From the NCBI GenBank assembly GCA_045606105.1, contig JAZURI010000003.1, positions 167,124 through 231,123 on the forward strand: 64,000 nt of DNA, in the 5' to 3' direction. Positions 19,383 to 30,490 of the stretch are shown piece after piece. The notes beneath the pieces were generated by a model. The model saw only the letters and a program-made list of their open reading frames with translations, made no database searches and had not been told where the DNA came from. The number at the start of each line of letters is the position of its first letter. The first letter of the stretch is position 1. Made by a program: the position numbers and the translations under genes. This stretch comes from Spirochaetia bacterium (GTDB lineage: Bacteria > Spirochaetota > Spirochaetia > CADAEX01).

Positions 19383-22208
19383 ATGGATAAGATTATTATT
19401 AAGGGTGCCAGGGAGCATAATCTCAAGAATATCGACATAGAACTGCCGAGAGACAGGCTTGTTGTCATTTCGGGACTAAGCGGTTCGGGAAAATCATCCC
19501 TTGCCTTTGATACCATCTTTGCAGAGGGACAGAGACGCTATGTGGAATCCCTTTCCTCCTATGCCCGTATGTTCCTGGGACGCATGGAAAAGCCTGATAT
19601 TGATTATATCGAGGGACTTTCTCCTGCCATCTCCATAGAGCAGAAGACGACTCACCGGAACCCACGTTCCACGGTGGGAACCGTAACTGAAATATACGAT
19701 TATTTCCGTCTTCTTTATGCCAGGATCGGTACGGTTCACTGTCCCGAATGCGGCAGGGAAATCCATGAACAGTCGGTGGACCAGATACTGGATGTGGTCT
19801 ATTCGTTTCCGGACCGGGCCAGGATGACCTTCTTTGCCCCTATGGTGTACGGCAGGAAGGGAGAGCATGAAAAGCTGATTGCCGATGCCGCAGATATGGG
19901 TTTTGCCAGGGTCAGGATAGACGGCGAAATCAGGGAACTTACGGAAAAAATCGAGCTGGACAAGAAGAAAAAGCACTCCATAGACATTGTTGTTGACCGT
20001 ATAAGGAAGTCGGATGAGAACAGGAGCAGAATCAGCGAGGCGGTGGAAACTGCGGTAAGTACCAGCGGCGGACGGGTCATTGTTTCGGTAATGGATGACA
20101 ACGGCGTTTCTGAAGACTACTATTTTTCGGAAAAGAACTCCTGTCCCGACTGCAATATCAGCATACCGGAGCTTCAGCCAAGACTTTTTTCCTTCAATAA
20201 TCCTTACGGTGCCTGTCCTTCATGCTCCGGCCTGGGAATGACCATGGAATTTGACCCGGCACTGATAATGCCTGACAAGTCAAAATCATATAACGAAGGG
20301 GGAATAGCCCCTTACAACCCGAAATCGGAATGGTACAGAAGCTGGTTCCAGGCGCTGGCCGACCTGTACGGATTTACCCTGGATACACCGGTAGGGGAGC
20401 TTTCCGACGAGATAATCCGTATTCTCTATTACGGCTCTGACAAGGAGATAAAATTTTCTTACAAAAACCAGCAGGGGGACAAGACCTCGGAATATAACAG
20501 GAAGTTCCCCGGCATATATAAGGACCTTCAGCAGAGACACAAGGAGGCTTTCTCCCAGACCATGAGGGAATGGATAGAGAGCTTCATGAGCCAGAAGGAG
20601 TGTACCTCGTGTCATGGCTCCAGGCTGAGGAAGGAGAGCCTTGCCGTTACAGTGGGAGATCTGAATATTAACTCCCTGACAGCCCTTTCCGTAAACGAAC
20701 TGGTGGATTTTTTTGACAGGCTGGTTCTCTCTGAAACCGAAAAGCAGATTTCATACCAGATAATGAAAGAAATAAAGTCAAGACTTCAGTTCCTGGCTTC
20801 GGTAGGTCTTGGATATCTTACACTGGACAGAACCGCAGTAACACTTTCGGGAGGTGAGGCACAGCGTATCCGTCTTGCAACCCAGATCGGTTCCTCCCTG
20901 GTGGGAGTCCTTTATATCCTGGATGAGCCTACCATAGGACTTCATCAGCGGGATAACGAGAAGCTTATCGAAACCCTGTGCCATCTCAGGGATATCGGAA
21001 ATACCCTGATTGTGGTGGAGCATGACGAGCAGACCATCCGTGCTGCAGACCATGTGGTGGAGCTGGGACCGGGGGCCGGAATCCACGGCGGAAACATAGT
21101 TGCCCAGGGTACTGTAGAGGAGCTTCTTAAAAACGAGAACAGCATTACGGCCCGTTTTCTTAACGGTACGGAAAAAATAGAACGGACAATAACGGAACGT
21201 GTGGAGAATCCCCATTTCATTTCCATAGAAGGGGCTTCCGAGCACAATCTCAAAAATATAGATGTAAAAATACCTCTTGGTAAGCTTGTGGTGGTGACCG
21301 GTGTTTCAGGCTCCGGAAAATCGAGCCTGGTAAACGATATCCTGTTTCCTGCCGCCCATAACCGGCTGAATCACGGATCCATGCCTGAGGGTGCCTGCAG
21401 AAGGGTATCGGGACTGGAACACATTGACAAGGTCATCAACATAGACCAGTCTGCCATAGGCCGTTCCCCTAGATCCAATCCTGTGACCTATGTGGAGGTA
21501 TTCTCCCATCTCAGACAGCTTTTTGCAGAGCTTCCGGATGCCAGAGCCAGAGGTTATACACCCGGACGTTTCTCCTTCAATGTAAAAGGGGGAAGATGCG
21601 AGAACTGCCAGGGTGGCGGAACAATAAAGATAGAGATGCATTTCCTTCCTGATGTATACATAACCTGTGATGTCTGCGGCGGAAAGCGTTTCAACAGGGA
21701 TACCCTTGAAATCAGATACAAGGGAAAGAACATTTACGATGTGCTTGAAATGACTGTTGAGGAGGGATGTGAATTCTTCAGGACCAACTATGCTATCAGC
21801 CGTAAGCTGGGGGCTCTCCGTGATGTGGGCCTCGGCTATATCAAGCTGGGACAGTCGGCGCTTACCCTTTCGGGAGGAGAGGCCCAGAGAGTAAAGCTTG
21901 CCTTTGAACTTTCAAAGGTCAGCACCGGAAAGACCCTGTATATTCTGGATGAGCCTACCACAGGCCTTCATTCCGCCGATGTAAAGGTGCTGATGGAGGT
22001 AATAGAAAAACTGGTAGCCAAGGGAAATTCTGTTGTAATCATCGAGCACAATATGGATGTCATCAAAATGGCCGATCATGTCATTGATCTGGGACCCGAA
22101 GGGGGAACCGGCGGAGGAATGCTGGTTGCTGTCGGTACACCTGACGAAATTGCGGAATGTGAAGGCTCCTATACCGGAAAATTCCTCAGGGAGATGCGCG
22201 GACTCTGA
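19383..22208 (+). CDS. uvrA: Excinuclease ABC subunit A
   Basis: GAREHNLKN, two GxSGSGKSS Walker A motifs, two LSGGEAQR signatures, zinc fingers. Confidence 0.99.
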   Translation: MDKIIIKGAREHNLKNIDIELPRDRLVVISGLSGSGKSSLAFDTIFAEGQRRYVESLSSYARMFLGRMEKPDIDYIEGLSPAISIEQKTTHRNPRSTVGTVTEIYDYFRLLYARIGTVHCPECGREIHEQSVDQILDVVYSFPDRARMTFFAPMVYGRKGEHEKLIADAADMGFARVRIDGEIRELTEKIELDKKKKHSIDIVVDRIRKSDENRSRISEAVETAVSTSGGRVIVSVMDDNGVSEDYYFSEKNSCPDCNISIPELQPRLFSFNNPYGACPSCSGLGMTMEFDPALIMPDKSKSYNEGGIAPYNPKSEWYRSWFQALADLYGFTLDTPVGELSDEIIRILYYGSDKEIKFSYKNQQGDKTSEYNRKFPGIYKDLQQRHKEAFSQTMREWIESFMSQKECTSCHGSRLRKESLAVTVGDLNINSLTALSVNELVDFFDRLVLSETEKQISYQIMKEIKSRLQFLASVGLGYLTLDRTAVTLSGGEAQRIRLATQIGSSLVGVLYILDEPTIGLHQRDNEKLIETLCHLRDIGNTLIVVEHDEQTIRAADHVVELGPGAGIHGGNIVAQGTVEELLKNENSITARFLNGTEKIERTITERVENPHFISIEGASEHNLKNIDVKIPLGKLVVVTGVSGSGKSSLVNDILFPAAHNRLNHGSMPEGACRRVSGLEHIDKVINIDQSAIGRSPRSNPVTYVEVFSHLRQLFAELPDARARGYTPGRFSFNVKGGRCENCQGGGTIKIEMHFLPDVYITCDVCGGKRFNRDTLEIRYKGKNIYDVLEMTVEEGCEFFRTNYAISRKLGALRDVGLGYIKLGQSALTLSGGEAQRVKLAFELSKVSTGKTLYILDEPTTGLHSADVKVLMEVIEKLVAKGNSVVIIEHNMDVIKMADHVIDLGPEGGTGGGMLVAVGTPDEIAECEGSYTGKFLREMRGL

Positions 22209-25200
22209 TGATAAGGAAACTTCTGACCTTACTTTTTATTGTCTCATTTCTGCTGGTTTGTCCGGTGCTGTTCGGTCAGGAGGAGGATTCCCTTTATTAC
22301 AAGACTATTGAAAAGGATATCAGGCTTGCAGGCTATTCGGAGCTGGTGGAGTGGTGCCGTACAGTGGGAATTGCCGAGAACGGAAGCATAGAGGAGCTTC
22401 GTAAGAGGCTTCTTGCCCATTTCAACGCAGAGGAAGAAACTGTTACCGAAAAGAAGGGTGATACCTTCATTATCCGCAGTGCAGACAAGACCAGATACTT
22501 CAATATAGAAAATAATGATGAAAATTATATCACCATCAGCGGCAATATAATCCTGGAGGTAAACGAAGAGGAAAAGAAAATCTCCCATGAGATCCAGGCC
22601 GACAAGCTGATATACAACCAGAAGCAGCAGCTTATGACTGCAGATGGAAATGTAATATATTCAAGAAAGACCGGAGAAAAGGAAGAAAAATATTTCGGAG
22701 ACAAGCTTACCTTCAACCTGGAGGACTGGAGCGGGGTATTTTTCAACGGTATATCCGAGAAGAACATAGAAATGAACCAGAACGAGGTTACCTTCTTCTA
22801 TTCCGGAGAGCGTATCTTCAAGTCGGGCAAGGATGTTTCGGTCATGGAGAATGCAGTCATCACCTCCTCGGAGGACCCGGACAACTCCTACTACCGTCTC
22901 AAGGCCAGGAAGATATGGCTCATGGCTCCCGGTGAGTGGGGAGTCCGCAATGCGGTGCTGTATGTAGGAAATGTTCCTATGTTCTATTTCCCGTTCTTCT
23001 TCAAGCCGGGAGACAGGTTTGTAATGAGACCTTCCATCGGATATCAGGAGCCTAGAGGTCATTTTCTTCAGACCACCACCTATTTCTACGGTGAGCCTTC
23101 CGGGGAAGAGGAAAATCTCTCCTTCCTGGCCGCCTCCGATGCCGAGGACCGTCTGTATGAAAAGGAGCTGAACGGTCTTTATCTCAGGAGAACCGACAGG
23201 CTCAAGGAAAACCCTGATGATACCTCCTATGTCAAGCTTCTTCTCGATGCCTATTACAATCTGGGTCTCTACGCAGCCCTTCAGGGAGATATTTCTGCCA
23301 GAGGCTATGTGGAGGATACAGACTTCTATTTCGGTCTGGCCAGAACCAGAAATGTATATAATCAGGGGGGGCTTTATACACCGTTCTATGAATACGAGGA
23401 CGGCAGCCATGATGACTACTGGAACCGGGCTTATCTGGGAAGCCATGAGATTCCTTTCAGATTCGGTCTTGAGTTCAATACCGGCTTTGAGTTCGGATTC
23501 TTCAAATCCGATGTCTCCTTTAACTTCTATTCAGACCCGTTTCTCCTGGACCTTCAGGAAAACAGAAGCGAAAACATGAACTGGGCCAAGCTGCTCGGTA
23601 TGGAGGATGAGGTTGAAGAAAACGAATCCTACGATTTTTCCGGTGTGAGAGAGCGTCTCTACTGGCTTATCCATACTGAAATGAAGCCTGAAATCGATTT
23701 TCTGGAGCCTTATTTCAACATCAATGTGAAGAAATTCGACTTTTATATGAACTGGAAAAGCAAGGAGCGGGATTTTACCGGAATCAGGGGATTGGATTCA
23801 GGCATGAATCGTTATATAACAAGCTCTGCCTCCACAGACCATTTTTTCCCGGAATCCCATTTCTACTATCCTGAAAACTATGTACTTCCCGACCTCTCCT
23901 TTACTGTATCGGGAACCATATTTGACCGTACCTATAACGGAAGCGACAGCCGCAACAATTTAAAGAGCGAAAAGGAAGATAAGGAGAAAGAGGAGATTGA
24001 AGAGGATACCGACAGACAGGAAAACAAGATGAAGGATCCTTTTGAGGAGGAACGGGACAAGGAGCCTTTTGAAGAGGATAACCACGACACCCTGATTTTC
24101 CCGGCTATGCTCAGCGATATCCCTATAACCCTTTATTCCGACAGGAACACCTTCTCGCACAACTTCAGCTATACGATTTCACCGAATTTCATCGTGGACC
24201 ACAGAATGGAGGAAACTAACGTAAAAGCTCCCGAAGAGGTGGATTTCGAGCGTTATTATACTATCATGAGAACCTATGGAGAGGGAAAGCTTTCCTATGA
24301 AGCCAATGTGTTTGATACCCTTTTCTCTTTCAATAACGATATCATTTTCAAGGGAGAATACAGGAAGCATACCGACCGTTCCGATACCATTACAGATGCG
24401 GAATGGGACAGTTTCAAAAATCAGGATTATACATCTTCCAAATACAACATAGAAAATGATTTCATCTTCAAGACCATGCCTCTGTACATGTTCGACAAGA
24501 TTTCACAGAGCTATATTTCCTACCGGCTTGATACCATCCTGCTGAAGAAGGAATTCACCAAGATAGACGAGAATGACGATCCGATATACAATGACTATTA
24601 TTTTGAATGGGAAAAGGAATTTTTCAAACATAACGAAGGGGAGGTTTTCCTCAGTTATCTCTCTCCGTGGAACCAGTTCCAGACCAGCCGTGTAAAGACA
24701 GTATTCGGCCCTCTGAACAGGGAGCTGGAAAACGAGAATATTTTCAGGACCGGCCTTTTCACCACCAGCACATTCTTCAGGATGATGGAGAACGACAACA
24801 ATGATATCACCTACGAGCCCTTTATCCTTAAGGAGAGACTGGCATACAACGACAGCTATCTTCAGGCCCTGATGAAATATGACATGCAGCACAATTATCC
24901 TTCATTTTTTGAAACCGAGGGAAAAATCAGCTTCTTCGAGGATGAACTCTATCTCAAGCAGAGCTATATCTATGATATAAACGAGGGGCATCATGACGAG
25001 GCCATAACAACCCTGAATATCTGGTATCTGAACCTTATGTACAAGGCTGAATGGATGTATCCATATTACTACGAGCAGGGTGTAGGATGGCTCAAGGAGG
25101 ATGAGGAGGATTTCGTTCCTTCCAAGCTTACCGCTGCCTTTGAATTCTCAAAATACGGAAAACCGTTCTGGAGAAACAGAATCAGATACCGTACCGATAT

Positions 25201-25663
25201 TTCGGCCGGCTACAACATGGATCTTCAGAAGTTTGTGGACAATGCCCTTACTGTTTCTTTCGGATTCGAGGCCAATATCTACAAGCTTTTCAATGTTTCC
25301 TTCAAGACCGTATCGGAAAACAATGCCACATACCGATACTCTGACAATAAATCGGGAAAAATGGGAGAGGAAAGACTCAATCCGTTCCGTGACCTGTGGA
25401 ATTCCTTCTGCTTCTGGGACAAGGACAAGAGATATGAATCCTCATTCAAGCTTAAATCCCTTGAAACCAAGATAGTTCATCATCTGGGGGACTGGGATCT
25501 TTCATATACATATTTCGGAGAGCCGGAGCTGGAAACCAACGGAAATATTCCGGAGTGGAAATGGATATCCAAGTTTTCGATTATGGTACAGTGGAATCCT
25601 ATACCGGAGCTCAGGTCACAGGTAAGGTATGACGATGAAGCACAAAATAAATATTCCATGTAA
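22208..25663 (+). CDS. lptD: LptD-like outer-membrane assembly protein (spirochaete type)
   Basis: Signal peptide; jelly-roll-like region (ADKLIYNQ..ADGNV; NAVLYVGNVPMFYFPFF); long aromatic-rich beta region ending in FSIMVQWNPIPEL. Confidence 0.75.
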   Translation: MIRKLLTLLFIVSFLLVCPVLFGQEEDSLYYKTIEKDIRLAGYSELVEWCRTVGIAENGSIEELRKRLLAHFNAEEETVTEKKGDTFIIRSADKTRYFNIENNDENYITISGNIILEVNEEEKKISHEIQADKLIYNQKQQLMTADGNVIYSRKTGEKEEKYFGDKLTFNLEDWSGVFFNGISEKNIEMNQNEVTFFYSGERIFKSGKDVSVMENAVITSSEDPDNSYYRLKARKIWLMAPGEWGVRNAVLYVGNVPMFYFPFFFKPGDRFVMRPSIGYQEPRGHFLQTTTYFYGEPSGEEENLSFLAASDAEDRLYEKELNGLYLRRTDRLKENPDDTSYVKLLLDAYYNLGLYAALQGDISARGYVEDTDFYFGLARTRNVYNQGGLYTPFYEYEDGSHDDYWNRAYLGSHEIPFRFGLEFNTGFEFGFFKSDVSFNFYSDPFLLDLQENRSENMNWAKLLGMEDEVEENESYDFSGVRERLYWLIHTEMKPEIDFLEPYFNINVKKFDFYMNWKSKERDFTGIRGLDSGMNRYITSSASTDHFFPESHFYYPENYVLPDLSFTVSGTIFDRTYNGSDSRNNLKSEKEDKEKEEIEEDTDRQENKMKDPFEEERDKEPFEEDNHDTLIFPAMLSDIPITLYSDRNTFSHNFSYTISPNFIVDHRMEETNVKAPEEVDFERYYTIMRTYGEGKLSYEANVFDTLFSFNNDIIFKGEYRKHTDRSDTITDAEWDSFKNQDYTSSKYNIENDFIFKTMPLYMFDKISQSYISYRLDTILLKKEFTKIDENDDPIYNDYYFEWEKEFFKHNEGEVFLSYLSPWNQFQTSRVKTVFGPLNRELENENIFRTGLFTTSTFFRMMENDNNDITYEPFILKERLAYNDSYLQALMKYDMQHNYPSFFETEGKISFFEDELYLKQSYIYDINEGHHDEAITTLNIWYLNLMYKAEWMYPYYYEQGVGWLKEDEEDFVPSKLTAAFEFSKYGKPFWRNRIRYRTDISAGYNMDLQKFVDNALTVSFGFEANIYKLFNVSFKTVSENNATYRYSDNKSGKMGEERLNPFRDLWNSFCFWDKDKRYESSFKLKSLETKIVHHLGDWDLSYTYFGEPELETNGNIPEWKWISKFSIMVQWNPIPELRSQVRYDDEAQNKYSM

Positions 25664-26357
25664 CGGAAGAAAATATCTGGAAATTCCCCTTCCGTCCGGC
25701 GACGCATCCGTATTTTTTTCTCTTGCCGCAGCCGGGGACATGTCCCATGAAAGCGAAATGAAAACCGGCAGCAGAAGCCGTTTTTTCAGGGAAACAGGGG
25801 CGGTGAATCCGGTTATGCTCAACCAGATTCATTCCGGGCTGGTATACGATACCCGTGAGCTTGAGCCTGGAAGGCTTACCGACGGAGACGGACTGGTTTC
25901 ATGCCGGAATGAATCCCTTGGGGTTCTTATCGCCGACTGTGTACCTGTTTTTCTTTATGACAGGAAAACCCGCAGCATAGGGGCTTTCCATTCAGGATGG
26001 AAAGGTACCGGAATAGTGTCAGAGGGGATCAGAAAGATGGAGACATTGTTCGGGAGCCGGGTTTCTGATATGGATGCAGTAATCGGTCCCTCCATCGGTT
26101 CCTGCTGCTACAGGGTGGAGAAGGACAGATATAATTTCTTTGCGGATACCTGGGGACCGGATGGGCTTGAGCAGCGTAACGGAGAATATTTCATCAATTT
26201 AAAGGAAGTAAACAGCGGAATTCTTGAAAGGGCCGGAGTAAACAGCATCACTCTCTGTGACATGTGTACCTGCTGTGACGAAAATTTCTTTTCGTACAGG
26301 AGACAGGGGCCATCTCTTTTTTCCCGCATGCTTGCATATATCAGATTTTTGGGGTAA
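25629..26357 (+). CDS. pgeF: YfiH/PgeF (DUF152) purine nucleoside phosphorylase / peptidoglycan editing factor
   Basis: NQIHS, DGDGL, ADCVPV, HSGWKG, IGPSIG.CCY, CTCC..FFSYRR. Start uncertain. Confidence 0.9.
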   Translation: MTMKHKINIPCNGRKYLEIPLPSGDASVFFSLAAAGDMSHESEMKTGSRSRFFRETGAVNPVMLNQIHSGLVYDTRELEPGRLTDGDGLVSCRNESLGVLIADCVPVFLYDRKTRSIGAFHSGWKGTGIVSEGIRKMETLFGSRVSDMDAVIGPSIGSCCYRVEKDRYNFFADTWGPDGLEQRNGEYFINLKEVNSGILERAGVNSITLCDMCTCCDENFFSYRRQGPSLFSRMLAYIRFLG

Positions 26358-26366
26358 TTTCATATT

Positions 26367-28097
26367 ATGATTGGAAAAGAACTTTCACAAACAGTTTTTG
26401 AAGCCGTCAAGGCAGTATTTGAAGATAATAATATTCCGGTTGATTTTACAGCCGATTCAATTATGGCTGAAAAGCCGCCTAAGCCTGAATTCGGAGATGT
26501 GGCATTTCCTATGTTTGCTTTTTCAAAGAAGCTCAGGATGCCTCCGATGAAAATAGCGGCCGATGTTGCCGCAAAGCTTGATTCATCCATAGGGGCACAG
26601 GTTATCCCTGCAGGACCTTACCTTAATTTCAAGGTAGACAGAAAGGATGAGGCAGCTTCCATTATCGGAAAGGTAATAAAGGAAAAGGATAATTACGGAA
26701 GAAATGATTCCCTGAAGGGACAGAGGATTGTGGTTGAATTTTCATGTCCTAACACAAACAAGCCCCTTCATCTCGGTCATCTCAGAAATGACTCCATCGG
26801 AGAGAGCGTTTCCCGTATCTTCGCCTTCAACAACGGTGAGGTAAGAAAGGTAAACCTTATCAATGACCGCGGAATCCATATCTGCAAGTCCATGGCCGCT
26901 TATCAGAAATTCGGTGAAGGAAAGACCCCTGAATCGGAAAATATCAAGGGCGACCATTTCGTAGGTGATTACTATGTAAAATATAATTTCTGGTCTCAGG
27001 AGGACGAGGGTGCAGAGCCTGTTGCCAGGGAAATGCTGGTAAAATGGGAGCAGGGCGATGAAGAAACCTGCAGACTCTGGAAGCTCATGAACGGCTGGAC
27101 AATAGACGGAATCAGCCAGACCTATGAAAAGACCGGTATTACCTTTGACAAGATCTATTATGAAAGCCAGACCTATTCATCCGGAAAGAAGGCGGTTCTT
27201 GAAGGACTTGAAAAAGGGCTTTTCTACAAGGACGAAAACAACACCGTATGGGTGGATCTTGCAGAGATAAATCTGGACAAGAAGGTACTTCTCAGAGGAG
27301 ACGGAACCTCCCTTTACCTGACACAGGATATCGGTACCGCCATTGCAAGACATCATGACTGGCCTTTCGACAGCCTTTTCTATGTAGTAGGCTCCGAACA
27401 GCAGTACCATTTCAAGGTTCTTTTCCATGTACTGAAGAAGCTGGGCTATTCCTGGGCCGAAAACCTTCATCACCTTTCTTATGGCATGGTGAACCTTCCT
27501 GAAGGAAAGATGAAGTCAAGAGAAGGAAAGGTTGTGGATGCCGACGATCTTATCGAGGAACTTGAAAAGATGGCCAAGGATGAAATCATTGCCAAGGGAA
27601 GGGAAAACGAAATTGAGGATGTTGACAAGGCAGCAGAAGCCATTGCTCTGGGAGCCCTCAACTATTTCCTTCTTTCCACAGTGCCTAGCAAGGATATGGT
27701 TTTCAATCCTGCAGAATCCCTTTCTTTTACAGGTAATACAGGTCCTTATCTCCAGTATACCGGAGCCAGAATCTGTACTATGCTCAGGAAATATACAGAG
27801 GATACCTCTGATGCCGATTTCTCATTGGTTACCAACGATGACGAGTGGGAAATCATCAAGGAACTCAGGAATTTTGAAAATGTGGTTTGTCAGGCAGGAA
27901 AGGAGTACAATCCTATGCTTATTTCAGTTTATCTTTACAATCTGGCAAAGCATTACAGCAAATATTATCACGATTACCCGATTCTCAGAAGCGAACCGGA
28001 GCTGGCAAAGGCAAGGGTAGCCCTTTCCGAAGCTGTTCTTCAGGTTCTCAGGAACGGATTTGCCCTTGTCGGCATCCCATTCCTTGAGGCAATGTAA
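26367..28097 (+). CDS. argS: Arginine--tRNA ligase
   Basis: PNTNKPLHLGHLRN (HIGH motif), GKMKSREG, GNTGPYLQYT. Confidence 0.98.
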   Translation: MIGKELSQTVFEAVKAVFEDNNIPVDFTADSIMAEKPPKPEFGDVAFPMFAFSKKLRMPPMKIAADVAAKLDSSIGAQVIPAGPYLNFKVDRKDEAASIIGKVIKEKDNYGRNDSLKGQRIVVEFSCPNTNKPLHLGHLRNDSIGESVSRIFAFNNGEVRKVNLINDRGIHICKSMAAYQKFGEGKTPESENIKGDHFVGDYYVKYNFWSQEDEGAEPVAREMLVKWEQGDEETCRLWKLMNGWTIDGISQTYEKTGITFDKIYYESQTYSSGKKAVLEGLEKGLFYKDENNTVWVDLAEINLDKKVLLRGDGTSLYLTQDIGTAIARHHDWPFDSLFYVVGSEQQYHFKVLFHVLKKLGYSWAENLHHLSYGMVNLPEGKMKSREGKVVDADDLIEELEKMAKDEIIAKGRENEIEDVDKAAEAIALGALNYFLLSTVPSKDMVFNPAESLSFTGNTGPYLQYTGARICTMLRKYTEDTSDADFSLVTNDDEWEIIKELRNFENVVCQAGKEYNPMLISVYLYNLAKHYSKYYHDYPILRSEPELAKARVALSEAVLQVLRNGFALVGIPFLEAM

Positions 28098-28865
28098 TCA
28101 GATTTCTATTCTGAGCCCGTCATAGGCAGGTTCCACCCCTTCCGGGAGGGATGCTGCCAATGTGTCGTGATCCAGGTCATGGCACATATGGGTGAAGTAT
28201 GTCTTTTTTGCCCCTATCTTCCTTGCAGCCTCAAGAGCCTGTTCAATATTGAAGTGAGTAGTATGTTCCCTGTATCTCAGGGCATCTATGACCAGAACCT
28301 CTGTCCCCGCCACAAGCCTGTAGGAGGATCTCGGTATATAGCTGCAGTCGGTAAGGTAAGAGAAGTTTCCTATCCTGTAGCCGAAAAGATCAAGGTTTCC
28401 GTGCCGCAGTGGAACCGGTATTATCTGAAGCTTACCGCCTGACCTTGTTTCGATACTGAATTTTCCGTCTACCGGTGTAAGGGCAATATGAGGTTTGCCG
28501 CCCCCTTTCTGGGTTACGCTGAAGATATAGTCAAACCTTTTCCTGATAATGCTTATTACATTGGGACTGCCGTAGACAGGTACCGGCTTTTTTACCGACA
28601 TGGGACGGATATCGTCAAGACCGTGAAGATGATCTGCATGGGTATGGGTTACCAGGACTGCATCTGCATGGGAAAGCTTCTCTCTCAGCATCTGAATCCT
28701 GAATTCGGGAGACATGTCAATTATTATATCTGCATCATCGGTTCTTACATAAACCGAGGCTCTTGTCCTGTTGTTTCTTGCATCATCCGAAGTGCATACC
28801 GGGCAGCTGCAGCCGATAACCGGTATTCCGTGGGAGGTGCCTGTTCCCAAAAAAATAACTTCCAT
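28098..28865 (-). CDS. MBL-fold phosphodiesterase (PhnP/YycJ-like)
   Basis: LGTGTSHGIPVIGC.CPVC, THTHADHLHGLDD, THMCH, AYDG. Confidence 0.92.
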   Translation of the reverse strand: MEVIFLGTGTSHGIPVIGCSCPVCTSDDARNNRTRASVYVRTDDADIIIDMSPEFRIQMLREKLSHADAVLVTHTHADHLHGLDDIRPMSVKKPVPVYGSPNVISIIRKRFDYIFSVTQKGGGKPHIALTPVDGKFSIETRSGGKLQIIPVPLRHGNLDLFGYRIGNFSYLTDCSYIPRSSYRLVAGTEVLVIDALRYREHTTHFNIEQALEAARKIGAKKTYFTHMCHDLDHDTLAASLPEGVEPAYDGLRIEI

Positions 28866-28970
28866 GGTTATATTCTAATCGATTTCCCGATTTTTATCTA
28901 CAGTAAAAAAAACTAAACAAATATGTAGTAAAATGATTGCAAATCCGTTTTATTGTGTTAGAATGGGGAC

Positions 28971-30275
28971 ATGAGGGAACGAACCTTTATAGCCATAGAC
29001 CTTAAATCCTTTTTCGCCAGCGTGGAGTGTGTGGAGAGGGGACTTGATCCTCTGACCACCAATCTTGTGGTGGCCGATGCGGGGAGAACCGAAAAAACCA
29101 TCTGTCTCGCCGTTACTCCTCCTCTTAAGGCATACGGTCTCGGCGGAAGACCCAGGCTTTTTCAGGTTGTCAGGAGGGCCAGGGAGCTTGGCTTCGATTA
29201 TATTACCGCAGTTCCCAGAATGGCTTATTATATGGAATATTCCGCCAGGGTCTACAACACCTATCTCCGCTTTTTTTCCCCGGAGGATATCCATGTCTAT
29301 TCCATTGATGAGGTTTTCATAGATGCCACAGCCTATATGAGGCTTTACGGAACCGATGCCAGGACATTGTGCCGCCGTGTCATACAGAATGTTCTTGCTG
29401 CCACCGGAATCACGGCAACGGCCGGTATAGGTCCCAACCTTTTTCTCTGCAAGATAGCCATGGATATTGTGGCCAAGCATATTCCGGCCGACAGGGACGG
29501 TGTCAGGATTGCGGAACTGGATGAGCTGTCCTTCAGGAAAACGCTGTGGAACCACAGGCCCCTTACCGATTTCTGGCGTATAGGACCCGGGACTGCAGCC
29601 AGGCTTGAAAGGAACTTCATGTTTACATTGGGCGATGTTGCAAAGAAATCCCTTACTCCGGCCGGAGAGGCAAAACTTTATAAGCTTTTCGGGGTGGATG
29701 CGGAGATTCTCATAGATCATGCCTGGGGATATGAGCCTTGTACCATAGCCGATATAAAAAGCTACAAGGCCAGGTCCAATTCCCTCTCCTCCGGGCAGGT
29801 CCTTCCCCGCGGCTACAGCTTCGGAGAGGCAGCTCTTGTGGTTACGGAGATGACGGAAAGCATGGTCATGGAACTGGTGGACCGGAAGCTGGCCGCTTCA
29901 GGCTTTACCCTTACACTGTGCTATGAGGGTTTCGATGATACAAGGCCTGTCCATCGCAGTGTCAGCTTTCATTGTCATACCGCTTCTCCCTCCCTGATAA
30001 CGGGAAGGGTAAAGGAAATCTATAATGATATGGCCGACAGGGAAAGGCTGATACGGCGTATATATGTTTCTGCCGACAATGTGCTGTACCGGGAAGAGGA
30101 GGAGCCGGATCTTTTTACCGATCCCGAGGAGAAGGCCAGGGAAAGAGCTCTGCAGGAAACAGTGATAGGTATAAAGAAAAGATACGGTAAGAATGCGGTG
30201 CTGAAGGGACACAGCCTGGAGAAATGGGGCACTGCCAGGGAGAGAAACAATCAGATAGGGGGACACAGGGCATGA
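28971..30275 (+). CDS. Y-family translesion DNA polymerase (UmuC/ImpB/UvrX-like)
   Basis: IDLKSFFASVEC, YSIDEVFID, TDFWRIG; C-terminal IKKRYGKNAVLKG..RNNQIGGHRA. Confidence 0.93.
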   Translation: MRERTFIAIDLKSFFASVECVERGLDPLTTNLVVADAGRTEKTICLAVTPPLKAYGLGGRPRLFQVVRRARELGFDYITAVPRMAYYMEYSARVYNTYLRFFSPEDIHVYSIDEVFIDATAYMRLYGTDARTLCRRVIQNVLAATGITATAGIGPNLFLCKIAMDIVAKHIPADRDGVRIAELDELSFRKTLWNHRPLTDFWRIGPGTAARLERNFMFTLGDVAKKSLTPAGEAKLYKLFGVDAEILIDHAWGYEPCTIADIKSYKARSNSLSSGQVLPRGYSFGEAALVVTEMTESMVMELVDRKLAASGFTLTLCYEGFDDTRPVHRSVSFHCHTASPSLITGRVKEIYNDMADRERLIRRIYVSADNVLYREEEEPDLFTDPEEKARERALQETVIGIKKRYGKNAVLKGHSLEKWGTARERNNQIGGHRA

Positions 30276-30469
30276 GCGATTATTCGGATATAATAGATAT
30301 GGAATGGCCTCCGTTATACGGCAGGAACCGGGAAACCATGCCGGTGGCATCCAGAGCCAAGATATTTCAGCCCTTTGCGGCACTCCGGGGCTTTGAGGAG
30401 AAGATAGCTGACACCAGAGTGCGACATGAAAAGGAATTTAATAAAGATAATTTCTTTACTTTTAAATAA
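30272..30469 (+). CDS. Short YolD-like polymerase accessory protein
   Basis: ATGA overlap with the polymerase stop; YSDIIDM..RAKIFQPFAALRGFEE motif. Confidence 0.75.
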   Translation: MSDYSDIIDMEWPPLYGRNRETMPVASRAKIFQPFAALRGFEEKIADTRVRHEKEFNKDNFFTFK

Positions 30470-30490
30470 AGGACTTGGTATAATTAACAT

